NCBI GenBank assembly: GCA_965649825.1
Contig: OZ287700.1
Span: forward strand, 62,001 to 126,000
Reading direction: 5' to 3'
Length of the DNA stretch: 64,000 bases
Origin: Penicillus capitatus
Taxonomy: Eukaryota; Plantae; Chlorophyta
Part shown: piece by piece, positions 49,102 to 61,493 of the stretch
Position numbering within the stretch: the first letter of the stretch is position 1
Layout: every line of letters starts with the position of its first letter
Position numbers and translations under genes: made by a program
The notes under the pieces: model-generated
What the model saw: only the letters and a program-made list of their open reading frames with translations
What the model was told of the DNA's origin: nothing
Databases searched by the model: none

Positions 49102-51069
49102 TTAGATGTTGATGCTGGCAGGAATCTCAGATGGCAAAAGATATCTGTAAGCAAAAGAGCCGCGGTGGCAATTGCGTCTTTCGATGACAGTTTCGATCGC
49201 CTCAAGTTCCTTTCTGAATGCTGCCAAAGCCGATTCCACCTTTTTCTCGAGAGTTCCACAGTAGGGGAATTCATTCGAATGGTATTCACCGAGACGGCGG
49301 TAATGCACGCTTCCAAGAAGATAGAAGAGGCCCAACTGTTCTTCGGCCACGGACATGGGAGGCATCGTTCTCAGCCACATGTTTTCGGTTGCATACTCTT
49401 CCGGCGGAGGGAAGTTGGACCACACTGCCCCAGACACTGCAGGCGCAAACGTCATGTCCTGAGACTGTGGAGAGTTGATGGCAGCGTGCTGAGCGGAAGC
49501 CAAAAACATCACCATCGACAACGTCTCTGCCAGAAGCTCCTTCGTCTTTGGCGCTTCGAAGTTCGTCAGATCCCCATTCGTCAGCAGATCTTGCGACCAG
49601 GCCGCCAACTGAGTGTCTTTCTTCACCGCGTCATCATCTTCGTAGTACACTTCGACATAGTCACGAGCCCAGTGCTGAATCGCATTCCAAAGGACCTTGA
49701 CATCGTCACGATACGGGAACATCTTGAGTCTCTCAACTCCACGCGACGCGAGCTCTTTGTCTGGCCTACGGCCTACGAAGTCAAATCCGAGACGGGCACG
49801 TGTTGCCAATCCCTGAAGCGAACGGAGGCGAGGAGGACTGTCATTCGCAAAGAGCTCGTCGATCGGACCATCTGTGCTCATCAGACGATTTGCGGCTGCA
49901 TTGTTGATGAAATTTGTTCCTTCGAAGTGTGGCCTCAACAGTCTGGACAGTGGATGATCCTCTTTCAAGTTGCGCTGCGTTGCCACACTGAAAGCTTCCA
50001 TGACCAGATGTGTGTGCGCCAGATGGCAAACCATTTGGTGATGGACCGTATCTGCGGCTTGCACTGTCGTCTTCGCCATTTGCCAGCGGTACTTGTCCAT
50101 CGTGTCGGCCATAACCAACTCGCTGTTGTTCTTGTCCTGTCCCATCAGAATAGCAATAGGCATGATGTGACTCTTGCCATACAACGGTTCAGCGAAGACA
50201 GCAATGGGATCGGTGACAAAAGAGCTGTTGACGACCACGAAGGGACTCGTGCCTGAGAGCTCACGATAATCTGCGACGCAGAGACGGCCTTCATGTCCTG
50301 CTCTTTCGACGCTGTCTCCACACGTCTTTAGAATTTCATTGAATTTATGGTCCGAGATGCGATCCCCGATGAGATCGATCAGTTTTGGTTTGGTCACGCA
50401 TTGGATGACCATCGGATTGGGACCCGCCACTCGGTAACGGGAAAATGTCTCGTCGCTTTGGAAGCAGGTTGCGACGGCGGGAAGCGGGATCAAACGGAAA
50501 AGATCCTTGTAGTCCTGTATGCTATTGGGAACTTTCTGAATGGCACGTGTCGACTCCGTTTTCTCTTCGATTCCAACGACCTGCGCGTGCTTTGGCTGTA
50601 GAGACTTAACGAACTCATGAATCTCTGGAAGCAGCTTGTGTGGATCATCCACTTCGTCCGAATGATGAAAAAGCTCGACCACCGCCTCTCCAATGTGTTC
50701 GATACCGCTTTGTTTCTTGCGATGATGGTCAATTGTCGCATTCAGTCGCTTCTCGTACTCGTCCAGCTTAGCGATAAGGGGATGCGAGTCTGCACTCTTC
50801 AGCTTTTCGTCAGGCAATGCGCCATTCAGAAAGACAACGGCCAGCACTTTACCGACGTCCAAGACCCATACAGCTGTCGGGTTCTGAGCATGGGGCAGTT
50901 CTCCGGAGAGAGGCACTTTTGCCGTCAACGCATTCGCGACACCCCATGCAGGCGTCGCGTTATCCTTGACTTTCTCGCCGTGACAATGATGATGCTCCTT
51001 CTGCGTATCCTCGTTTTGTTCATCGTGGTCGTGCTTCAGACAGTCCATGGCCTGACAGCACAGACACAT
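49102..51069 (-). CDS. Lipoxygenase, bacterial/cyanobacterial type (no PLAT domain), intronless
   Basis: Iron-ligand motifs HHQMVCHLAHTHL and ASAQHAAIN, with C-terminal Ile (PSEIPASINI). Also RVAGPNPMVI, HFEGTNFINNAA and FPYRDD. Confidence 0.95.
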   Translation of the reverse strand: MCLCCQAMDCLKHDHDEQNEDTQKEHHHCHGEKVKDNATPAWGVANALTAKVPLSGELPHAQNPTAVWVLDVGKVLAVVFLNGALPDEKLKSADSHPLIAKLDEYEKRLNATIDHHRKKQSGIEHIGEAVVELFHHSDEVDDPHKLLPEIHEFVKSLQPKHAQVVGIEEKTESTRAIQKVPNSIQDYKDLFRLIPLPAVATCFQSDETFSRYRVAGPNPMVIQCVTKPKLIDLIGDRISDHKFNEILKTCGDSVERAGHEGRLCVADYRELSGTSPFVVVNSSFVTDPIAVFAEPLYGKSHIMPIAILMGQDKNNSELVMADTMDKYRWQMAKTTVQAADTVHHQMVCHLAHTHLVMEAFSVATQRNLKEDHPLSRLLRPHFEGTNFINNAAANRLMSTDGPIDELFANDSPPRLRSLQGLATRARLGFDFVGRRPDKELASRGVERLKMFPYRDDVKVLWNAIQHWARDYVEVYYEDDDAVKKDTQLAAWSQDLLTNGDLTNFEAPKTKELLAETLSMVMFLASAQHAAINSPQSQDMTFAPAVSGAVWSNFPPPEEYATENMWLRTMPPMSVAEEQLGLFYLLGSVHYRRLGEYHSNEFPYCGTLEKKVESALAAFRKELEAIETVIERRNCHRGSFAYRYLLPSEIPASINI

Positions 51070-52748
51070 TCATGTCACGCCGCCGTCAGACACGTTGCAT
51101 TCGGCTGCTGCGTGTGCCTCGTGGCTAGATCGCACTGACGGGAATGCATTTCGTTTGTCCTTACGTGCTTAGATGGAATGCCTCAGCTGTTTGTTCGTCA
51201 GGAAAGGAACCAAGTAGACGGACTCTTTTGCTGTCTGCCAAAAAGTTTCGTTCGAAATCTCAACCTTCGAAAAGCACGACCAATTGTCCAGACGAAAGAA
51301 CGCACCGTCGCAGCTTGTGCGTGGTTAAATAGTCAGCCAGGCAGGCTCAAAGAATTCACCCCTTCTGGATTTTCCATTTTTGGTCGACAGCACGTGTCTT
51401 TGGACCCCGCATGGAAGATCGCTTCTGTCACCTTGCTTAACCGTTCCTTAATTGGAATTTTCAAGGCAGGGGTTTGACAGGGGGGAGATAGGAATGGACG
51501 CTAGTCTGTCCTGCACTAACACTCCATTCTGCTCATCTGTGGAGCCGTTTACCACTTTATCAGACCTCTTGGTTTTTCTGGCAAAAACTGCCGCTTAGTG
51601 CTGTCACCACATGACGAATTTCTGCCTTGATCGACAGCATCGTGCTTCGACGATTTGCCACGAGGATAACAGTATATTCTCCAAGTCGGGCACGATGTGC
51701 TATTTTTATGTTGACCGCGTCTTGATGCAGCACAGCTTTCGGCGGCAGAGTGGCGGCGGTATGTGGGACGACAGCATGCTGTGCTGTTCAGCAGACCCAA
51801 ATCATCAGCCTCGACGGCTTGGAAAACAACGAGGCAGTATGGGCATGATGCTGTTGATTGTCATGTCCCTCGCTGAGAAACACTGCACGAAAAACGCGAT
51901 ACGTGCTCAGCTTGCGAGGAAGCACCATTCTATGCTGCCCTGTCGATAGACGCTCACGATGCGCATCGTCACGTACGATGCTACCAACAGCATCTGAATA
52001 GGCATTCCCGGTGCCATAGATAAATTGATGACTGAATTCTGCCGCACTTATGTGTTGGAGCACTATGACCTTCATTTTCCCTTCCCGAATAGAACACTGT
52101 GTGGCTGCTTCTGTGTTCCACACTGGAGATCATTCCAAATAATAAGTTCTCGTGGAGATCTCGTCCGAAATCCTCGTAAATACTCGCACATAAGCATCAT
52201 GCTCCGATAGAACATCGGCGGCAATTTCTCCATCGAACATCAGGGTTGTCGTGCAGACCTTCGGCGTCTTCAGTGAACATACCGGAAACGAGACAGGTGA
52301 ATGTCGCTGTCACTCGACGAAGAATGCACACGTGTTTGTCCGTTCAGTCGACGGCGGCGCCTTCGGATCAAGAGCCAGATACCGTATGCCGCGGGAGGTT
52401 CATAGCGCGGACACGATGTAACCGTTATTACATAGCCATTTTCCAGCGCAACTCTTCTCCGTTGTATCCGCACCACCCTGTTTCACGATTTAATTCGCTT
52501 TATTCTTCGAGCGCTGTTTGCCAAAAGGCCAAAGGTCGTTCATTTGTTGACCATTTCCATTTCGAGGTCAGCTAACGTGAAACCTTCTGTTGTCGCCTGT
52601 AGTTGAATAAAGACAAAATGAAGAGCTTGTTCCGATTGTTGAAACACAAAACTGTGTCTTCTGTTCAAACGAAACGCACTAATGAGACAGCGTCTTTAAA
52701 CAGAAGCCCGTTCGCCACAGGTCGTAAAATCCGCTGCGGATGTTTGCG

Positions 52749-54827
52749 GCTATGGACGACGGTTTGCTCTCAGGCTCAACAGACGTTGACTTCGTCGACC
52801 CTTTTCGCACAGTATCCGTTTCTTGTCCGGCTAGTAAATTCAACGCCTTAGCGGACTTGGCGCGACGGGTTTCATCCTGTGGGGAAATCGATGGAGTCAC
52901 CTCCGCTGCCGACTTTCTATCAGCAAGCAAATCACTTGAACTTGACGAGAAGCAAAACGACCACAAACCTGTTCTCCAAACGGTACTCACCCACCCTTCA
53001 TGACTGGATGTCTGTATCGACTGACATGATGTACGAATTGCTTACCCATAGCCATGGCCTTTTTCTTCATTCGCACGACATGAGGACGACCCTGAGATGC
53101 AAGACAAGGAGAAAAGCAACGAGACCGTTAAACAAGGGGGATTTGAATTTACTGTCCCTGCTCCCACGCCGATCGAGCAGAATGACGAGCCCGTTTCGAC
53201 GTTGTTCAAGTGGGGTACTCTGGATACCGTAAAGAGCGAAGAATCGCAAGAATCAGAGTTCAACAACTGTGAGGTGCATCACTATGCAACATGGCAGGCG
53301 GGTCAGAAAACCCCATTTGACAACTTGGCAAAGCGCGTGCCAGTCTCTTTCGCACATCGAGAGGACAGTGCACAACAGAGCTCTGCTGATCTCACCCTCG
53401 ATACGGAAGTGCGTAAGCCTCTGTTCCATGGACAGGGAGATATCGTTGTTGTCTGTGTTCAGAACCTGACATTGGATGGCTTGCAGCAATCTATCAAGCG
53501 AGTGAAACCGGGGATGATTCTAGACTTAGGCGGAGTGCATCTTGTCGCCGATGGCAATCTGTCGATTACTGTGGACGACATTACTTTGAGAAATGGATCT
53601 CTGGAGTTAACCCAGGGCATTTCCGTAAATGCTTGTGGAGTTTACATGCGGGATCTGACACTGATCTCGGATTCTAGCAAAGCGGCCACTTTGAAAGTCG
53701 TGAAGAGAGATTGTTGCATCAAACGATGCAAGCTTACCAATACTTCTGGTGTCGGCATTCAGGTAACTGGTGCCGGATCGAGGTTGGCCATGCAACAAAC
53801 TACTGTTCATGACTGCGAAAGAAGTTGCATTTGCGTCAGCCGATCTGGGATCTTGAAAATAGAAGAAGAATGCAGCATTCAAGGTTCTCGTAGTTTCCAT
53901 GGCATTTCGGCCACAGATGCGGGAACAGAGCTTTGGATCGAAAATTCAAGGATCTTCAATCATTTTCAAGATGGGATCTATGTCACGAACAGCGCACATG
54001 CGTGTATGGAGAACTGCGAGATTTCTGGCTCCCGTGCTTTCCATGGAATCGCTGGCAAGAAGTTCGGGACAACCGTCGTTCTAAAGAACTGCCAACTGCT
54101 GAGATGCAGAGAAAGTGCGTTGATAGTGGAACTGGGTGCTAAGGCAAGAGTAACAGACTCATTGATCAGTAAAAGTATCAAGAGTCCGGGCATCGTCGCC
54201 GACGGTCATGGCAGTCACGTCGATATCCTCAACTCAGAAATCGCTGACTGCGATGTCGGCGGTGTTCTCGTTCGTGGAAATGCGGCTGTCAAGATTCAAC
54301 GGACGCATGTTTTTGGAAGCACTTATGGGAATGGCGTCGTGGTTGCCGAGTCAGGATCACACGCGAGGATCATCAACTCCGTGATCTTTCAGAACTGCAG
54401 AAACGGAGTGCTGATCCTGAATCAAGGAAGAGCGATTATGGAGTCCTGTGATATTTCATCTTCCACGGCATGCAATGGTGTGCTTGTACGCGATGTTGGA
54501 TCCCAGGCTCTTCTGGATCGTTGCCAGTTTGCTAAGAATCATTCCTCTAATGTCTGCGCAGATGCAGGAGCAATGTGTCATGTCGTCAGTTGCAGATTCA
54601 ACTCAGCACGGAATGGTCCGAGTGTCTTAGCGAGAGGGTGTCGGACATACGTCAAAATGACGATAGAGGATGACGTTGTCGAAGCGATGCAGACAGATGT
54701 CCATATCTTCTGCAGAGCGAAGATAACGATGAACGAGAAAAAATGCAAAAATAGACAGAAATGGCCCAAGCTCAAGCCCAGTGCCGTTTTTTCATCCAAA
54801 TTGCCGTTCTCTTCGGATCGGAGGTAA
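52749..54827 (+). CDS. Right-handed parallel beta-helix repeat protein
   Basis: Repeats such as IENSRIFN..DGIYV, MENCEISGS..HGI, ILNSEIADC..GGVLV and IINSVIFQN..NGVLI. One predicted intron at 52983-53051. Confidence 0.8.
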
Positions 54828-55394
54828 TGCAAAACATGTTCCTTCTGTTGAACACGTTTCCATCAAGAAAATTCACTCACCCTCTCGCACCACCTGCTAA
54901 TTTTGACACTCAAGCGCATCTTCCATTCGTATTTCAAGGGACTTGGAATGCTGCTGACGTTGAATAAAGGTTTATCTTTCGAATAAAGAAGGGGCCGTGT
55001 TTGCGTTGGAGAGGTTTGCACTGTTACCATCATCTATGAACAGGAGTCGCTTGTGCTCTCCTGTCAGTCTTCTTTTTTACGAGACGAAGCAAGGTCATGT
55101 CAAGGATGTAGCGGCGCCTTGCATGCGAGATTTTCTAGTCTACGTTTTATCAGCCTTGATTATACTCTTAGTAAAAGGGACGGTCCCATACGACCGTCTA
55201 TTTGTTGGATTCGTTGCGCAGCATTGCTGCTCATTTCATGGTTTAGATCAAGCGACTGGTGCATTCAGAAGAATGTTCACCGGTGGGGCTTAACGACGTC
55301 GTGTCTGTCATGAACCTTACGTGTAACTTGTTTGATGAGTCCTTATCTGACACGTTTTGAACCGTAACATATCTATTTAACCGTAGGGAAGCAA

Positions 55395-56650
55395 TCAGAG
55401 CATGCCTCTTGCTTTGGCCACCCTACATACCACCAGCCGCTCGCTGCTTTGGTATGCGATATCGGAGCGCATCATATACCTGCTTTCGTACTCGGCGATG
55501 ACATCTTCCGGTCGATCCAGGGCGAAGAGAATCTCTTTGTCCGGAATCAGAACAGTGTCGATCATGTGCACGATGGAACCGGATGCCTCGAGATCTGTGC
55601 TCAGGATCTCAGCAGGCAGGCCGTAATCTGGCACCACTAAAATGCTGTTATCATGGCCAAAGACAACTTCGATATCCGACAACTCGCTCATCGTTTCCAA
55701 TATGTCACCGTCTTCAAAGTCTGACGACAGAAGAGGCTCGATTAAGACATGGGCACCGAGAATCTATGCCATCCATCAGGTGAAGCGCAAAACGCCCGTG
55801 GAAAACAACGAGTACACGTACCTCTTCAACGACGTCTGGAAAGTCCAGAAATTCGTCAGCGCCGATACACAGATCTTTCAGCAGCTCTTCGAAGGCGACG
55901 TTTGTCGGAGCGAATACAGTGACATGAAGCGCGGGGTCGTCAAAGGCCTCCTTTAGGTCAGTCATTTCCAGAACGATATCCAGGAAGTCCAACAGCTGAG
56001 ATCCCTCGACGCTTTCGCTGATGGTCCTGCAGATCACATCAACCGACGGACAGGGCGCACGTCCGCATGTCCGTGCACAGTGGTTGCTGGATACCATGAA
56101 CTCTGCATCACATTTACCGAAACGCATCTACGCGCGAGAGAAGTCCGTGTGCACGTATGGCGATCGTAGACACACTTGTTCCTCGCATGTGTAGATACTG
56201 TCTGGATGAATGTCGTCGCATGTGTGAACACTCCTTCTCGGAGCAGTCGGCGTTGGCTCAATGATATCAACTGGTGGCGGCCGTGTGGAGATCACTCTCA
56301 CGCCCGTCGCCTTCGCCTTGACGCCCTTCTTGGGTACGCGAACATCGTAATTCACAGGCACAAGCTTGTCATCTACGATGAGCGTTGCGCTCTCACTCGG
56401 ATATGTCGATTCGGCGAAGCGCGAATTCGACGCAACTGTAAAAGCACAGTGGTTGCTATAGTCGAATGGGATAGGTGTGGTGACCGAAGCGGCGAAATCG
56501 GGAGAACAAAGGAATCTTTGATCTATCTGACGGCCTTCCGAGCTTGCGATCGATGATCTCCTTTGTGGCATGCGTTTTATGGCAGCAAAAACATGTCAAG
56601 AGCACACCGACCAAGAAACTGGCCCAAAACGCTCGGCTTCGAAAACTCAT
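55395..56650 (-). CDS. Secreted fasciclin (FAS1) domain protein with a small Cys-rich module
   Basis: Signal-like N-terminus (AFWASFLVGVLLTCFCC). FAS1 H1 is HVTVFAPTNVAF and H2 is SIVHMIDTVLIP. The Cys module is CDDIHPDSIYTCEEQ/GKCDAEFM..HCARTCG. Confidence 0.82.
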
Positions 56651-56814
56651 CGTACGCAACACGTCACAACTGGAAGAAGACAATCGGCGACGCGCGAAAA
56701 ACAGCGTTCCGCGAACACATGCCGTTTCTGATGACCCTCTTGGACAGATCCGATGCACCGAATCGACAAAAGCGTAACGAAAAGGAGTAGGTCCAATGAA
56801 AGATCTCGCTGCGT

Positions 56815-58152
56815 TCAATGTCTTCTGGAACGCCGAGTCGATTCTCTGCTGCGGTGCCGTCGGCTTCTGTGACGCTCTCGATCTCCGCGATGCCTCGAGG
56901 AACGATGTCGTCTTTCACGCGAATCTCTTCTTTGGCGTTTCGCCCGACGCTCGTTGCGTTTAGGGCTCAGCTGTTCGCGGTGCTCTTCGTGTCCCTCTCC
57001 TCCTGGATGTTGCGGTATCTCTTCGAGAGCACTAGTCGCGTTTGTCTCTGGCGGCAGAGCCGGGCGGTCCGTCGGTGCATTCAACAGAACCGGATGCGGT
57101 TTCTTGACACCATCTGGACGTTCGTTTTTGTATTCGACCAGCTCGTCTTGAGTAAAATCGAAATCCGTCTCTGGTCTGTTATACAGATCCTGCACCATCC
57201 ATGCAAATTCATACAGTTCGCGCTCTTCGGCACCGAACAACGCCCACCACGGATATCTCCCATCCTCCGGCAAAGCAACCTGACGAACAAAGCATCATAG
57301 ACATAGATGTTAGAGACATTCTGTGGATCGATAGAATCACTTTGTGCTTCCGGGTCACAAAAAAGATCGATCCGCATGCCAAAACCTCAGACTTGTATCG
57401 CACACATGCCGTTGTCAAGTAACTGCGTCCATACCACAGCAGTAGAGAGGAATGGGGCGTTGAGGGTGTCGGATACCTGTCGTTGAGAACCTTCCACGCT
57501 TCTTGCATCAGATCGACCAGTTCCAGTTTCTGTATGTAAGTGAACATGAGTTTGTGGGGACGAGGGACATGCATGTTGAATCCAAACGCAATGAGAATGT
57601 CCATTTCCAAGCAGACCAACCACTCCCACCAAAGTTCGTACTCATTGCTGCGGAGAGTGACCCAATCGAGTGCCTCCTGCTGTCGCGATTCCGGAAGATA
57701 CGCGCGTTCTAAAAAACGACAGAACACAGGAATGAGCTCCTCTTCTGTGATATTGGTCTCCTCTGTCTTGAGCGCCAGATAGATGACTCCTAGGGCCACA
57801 TACTGCACAAACAAACACTTCGAGGGAGTCCATGCAGCTTAGAGAGGACTTTGAAATGAAACTCCGAGATGCTTCGCTGACAGTAGTATCGGTGAAGATA
57901 GATATGGGCCGTGCAGATGACGGCTCGATCAACGCCACAGAGGGTCAGGACACCTTGAACGATTTCGCAGCCTTTCAGACGAATTCTCTCTTCTTTCCAG
58001 CTGTCGAGGCCATCCTTCTTCGACGGTGTCTGCTCCAACTGCTCTCTGGAGAAGACTAAGGCGTTGCCGACGTCGACGATGTCGGAAGCAACGGCACCGC
58101 CAGATGTATCATACAAGGCACTGAACGGGACATTCATTATCGTCTCGTCCAT
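56815..58152 (-). CDS. Cyclin L-type (transcription/splicing cyclin with RS-like tail)
   Basis: TPSKKDGL..EERIRLKGCEIVQ, TAHIYLHRYY, YLALKTEE, EMDILIAFGF...PHK, LACGSIF, and a C-terminal Arg/Ser/His-rich tail. Confidence 0.88.
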
Positions 58153-58562
58153 CTCATCTCTCTCATTTCCCGTATGACAATCTTCTTAGATCGAAGAACG
58201 AAGTGGCGTCCTACGTCGCATTGAGAAGGTACTGATCGCGCAATCGTGACTCCGTGGTGTGTAATGTCGTCAGAATAGAGAAATGTCGATGGGGACTGTT
58301 CAAGGAAATGGGTTTCGCGGTGTTTGGGATCTGAAACAGAATTCTGCCCGAAGATTTGGTTATGTTAGATCACAAAACGTCACTGTTGATTGACGTGACG
58401 TCACCGTGCAAAACGATGTGCTGATGACCCTGTGAGAACACCCGATCCGATTCATCTCTATCCGTGGCCTCGACGCGTTCAGATATCTCGGCGGCACCCT
58501 CGATCCTAACAGTTACACTGGACATTTATCCAACCGTTTCGCAACCCTGACGTCTGGCGATC

Positions 58563-60761
58563 ATGTCTCACCTGCAAACTCGGGGATATTCTCTTCCTCC
58601 GTTGCAGACGGTTTCTACAGCAAAGCACGGCCTTTGTCGTGGAACGTCGAAGGCTTTCGGGTGGCGCAACATATCCACGCGCATTCATCTGACGCACCGC
58701 TGCATTTCGACGACGCGCACGTGGTTTGTTCGGTGTTTCCGCAGCCGTGTTGGAAAGCACGTTGCTACAGGAGATTGGAGAACGTGACCGGTGCTCTGGC
58801 TGACGAAACCCAGACCCAACAGGAGAGTCATCCAGTCCGAGAAGAGTAAGCACTCGCCCTAATGTCGGTCGATGTATGATTTCTGAACGCAGGCTGCTGT
58901 CGTCTACTGCCTTTCGCAAGTATCTCGGCAAGACGGCATTAGTGATAGGTGCAGGACCTGGTGGACTGGTATCAGCACTCTATCTCGCTAAAGAAGGATT
59001 CGATGTCGAGGTCAGACTTCTGTATTGAATTCTGGAGACAGGAAGGTGGAGATGGACGGTGTTCAATAATAGGTGTTTGAGAAACGAGGTGATCCACGAG
59101 AGAATCCCTATCCGCTTACGCGTTCGAATATCATCGGCTTGAGGGAAAGGACATTGAATGCCATGCAAGATGTTGGCATCGATATTCCGGAAGAAGGTTT
59201 CAGATCCGGCGTGCATATATCACACGGTATGGCTTTGTTCAAATCGCAATGGGTACCGTTTGGTACCTCAGTGGACTTCAGGTTCTTTGATGTTCGGGCC
59301 AGAGAAGGTGGAGAGCATTTCGGTTGACACGACTGACCGATCCTGCATCGGTGAAAGGCAAAGCCTCATGAAGTTGATTCTGGCAGAAATACAAGACAAC
59401 CATGTCGATCAGATCACCTTCCATTACCAGCACAGATGCAAGGCAGACACACGCTGATACCATTTCGCACACTTTAGTCCTCAAATGCCTTTTTAGAGAA
59501 TTGATCTCGAGGCAAAGAATGCAGTCTTCGAAGATCTCCACGGGAAAGAGGTGTTCCAGAGCTACGATTTGCTAATTGGAGCGGATGGCTACAATTCCGT
59601 TGTTCGAAAAGAGTTACAGAATATTGACGATTCCTTAACGATGAAGTGTTATCGTTGCAAGTGGGGATTCAAAACAATTCGCCATCTTCCTCTTCTAGAT
59701 GGAGGTAACGCACGAGAGCTATTTTTATGGGCAACGCCATTGTATGCTGTCAGATGCGGTGTCAGATTCTGTGAAACCTGGATGTATATTGTTTGGGCGT
59801 CTAGATGGGAAATCCTCTGTCACTAGAGGGTTGAAGGGGATCCCGACAATGATGTTCTATCGATCAGCCCCGACCGTAATAAATGGAACGCTCGCATCGA
59901 CTGTGGAATTACTCGAAGCAATTCAAGGAAAGGAGTACGAGTGGCTTAAGGACGCGACGCCTTCCTATTTTCCTGAAGTGTGGTTTCTTGAGTGTCATCT
60001 ACAGATGGTGTATTCTTGACTCGGTTTCAGGAATGGATCAAAGAGATCAGCGAACAAGTGAAAACAGCTCCCATAACGAGATATCCTGACGTCATCAGCC
60101 TGTCCAGGATGTACGGTCCCTCGACCGTTCTCCTAGGGGACGCTGCTCACAGCTTCAGTCCAATCCTAGGGATCGGGTTTGTTCTTCATCTCTGTCAAAC
60201 GAGCGCCTCAAATGGAATCTGTACAGGGCCAATTCCGCCGTTGTTGATGCAAAAGTGCTCAGTGATGCTCTGAACGTGGCAGATGGAGATATCGAAGCAG
60301 TAGGCAAGGCCTTCCACGGCCTGCGATTTGATGAGATGTATGCACTCCAGAAAACCACTCTGGTGACTTCCGTTTCCACCCATCAGATTTGATGTCGGTG
60401 TTTTTGGTATAGGCGCAAGGTTTCCAGAAGTATGACTACCCATCGGGAGACTTCGTCGGGTTCTTCGTCGGCTGGGTGTACCAAAATGTGACAGTGAAAC
60501 TGCGCAAGGTGTTTCCGAAGCTTGTTTCGATGCCCTACGAATTTGCCTACGTCCTTGGGGAAATCAGTGCTGCTGAAGCTCTGTTCATTGTTCGGCGCAA
60601 CGCCTGTCTCTTCGCACGTGAGCTCTGTTAAAGGTCCTCTCGCTTCGAGGTGTATACGGTTTATGTTGCTTCTAGTTTCATGCCTCGTAGCTCTGGGCAT
60701 TGTGGTAAAGTTCATGGCGATTCCGTTGGCCTCACTTGTAGCAAGAAAATTCGGAATCTGA
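58563..60761 (+). CDS. FAD-dependent monooxygenase (kynurenine-3-monooxygenase-like family), spliced; start uncertain
   Basis: ALVIGAGPGGL (Rossmann), VFEKR, YDLLIGADGYNSVVR, VLLGDAAHSFSPILG/QGANSAVVDA, and a hydrophobic C-terminus. Confidence 0.85.
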
Positions 60762-61493
60762 ATTCCCGTTCTTTGTTTTCTGTTGGCTTCACCTTCAGAA
60801 TCGGCGGCACGGAAAACAATCTCAGTGTGCAGAAGAATAGAGAATTCGCTCCAAAGCGATCTCAGATAGCACTTTTTGAATTCGTGTTTCTAGCGAGACA
60901 CCAGAGTATGCGATCCAGTCGCACTCCATCTGCCTAAAGCATACAACGTGTGTGGATAACTGTGGTCGTTCAGCAATTCATCGTTTCGCTAATTTCTCTA
61001 TCGATTTCTTAGCAAACGAGTTCGCAGCACATACTGCACTTGCCACGAACGAATGCAGGGAGTTTACGATCATTTAGTCGAGACGCCCATTCGAGATTCC
61101 CTGTGTCGTATCATACGTTTTGTCTTCTGTTATGGCATCTGCATGAGCATTGCCTCCGTAACTTCGCCGACACCCTCTCTCCGTCTCTCACTCTTCTTTC
61201 CAGCGGGAGAAGAAGAACCACACTTTGCTTCTCAAGGCCTAACGCTCTTGGCACGTCCTGCCTGTCTCCAACGCCTCACAACAAAAGCTGTCCAGACCGA
61301 AACAGACGGGGAAGATCAGAAAGAATGCGAGGAGTGATTACTGCAACGTGTTACATTGGACACCCATTGAAAGCTTGAACGTCGATATTGAACCATTACA
61401 GCTTGTTGTAAGTACGTTCAGAGAACAGACAGACAGGTATGACGAAATTGCTCATGGACGTTTCTTGAGATCCATCCACACCTTATCGGAGGA

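Noticed and set aside
49051-50256. 401-aa plus-strand ORF; likewise 29445-30107, 39560-40345 and 62160-63032
   Set aside because: These are antisense to well-supported genes (LOX, PhoX-like, oxygenase, nuclease) and have no recognisable motifs. 39560-40345 only shares the middle rps16 exon.
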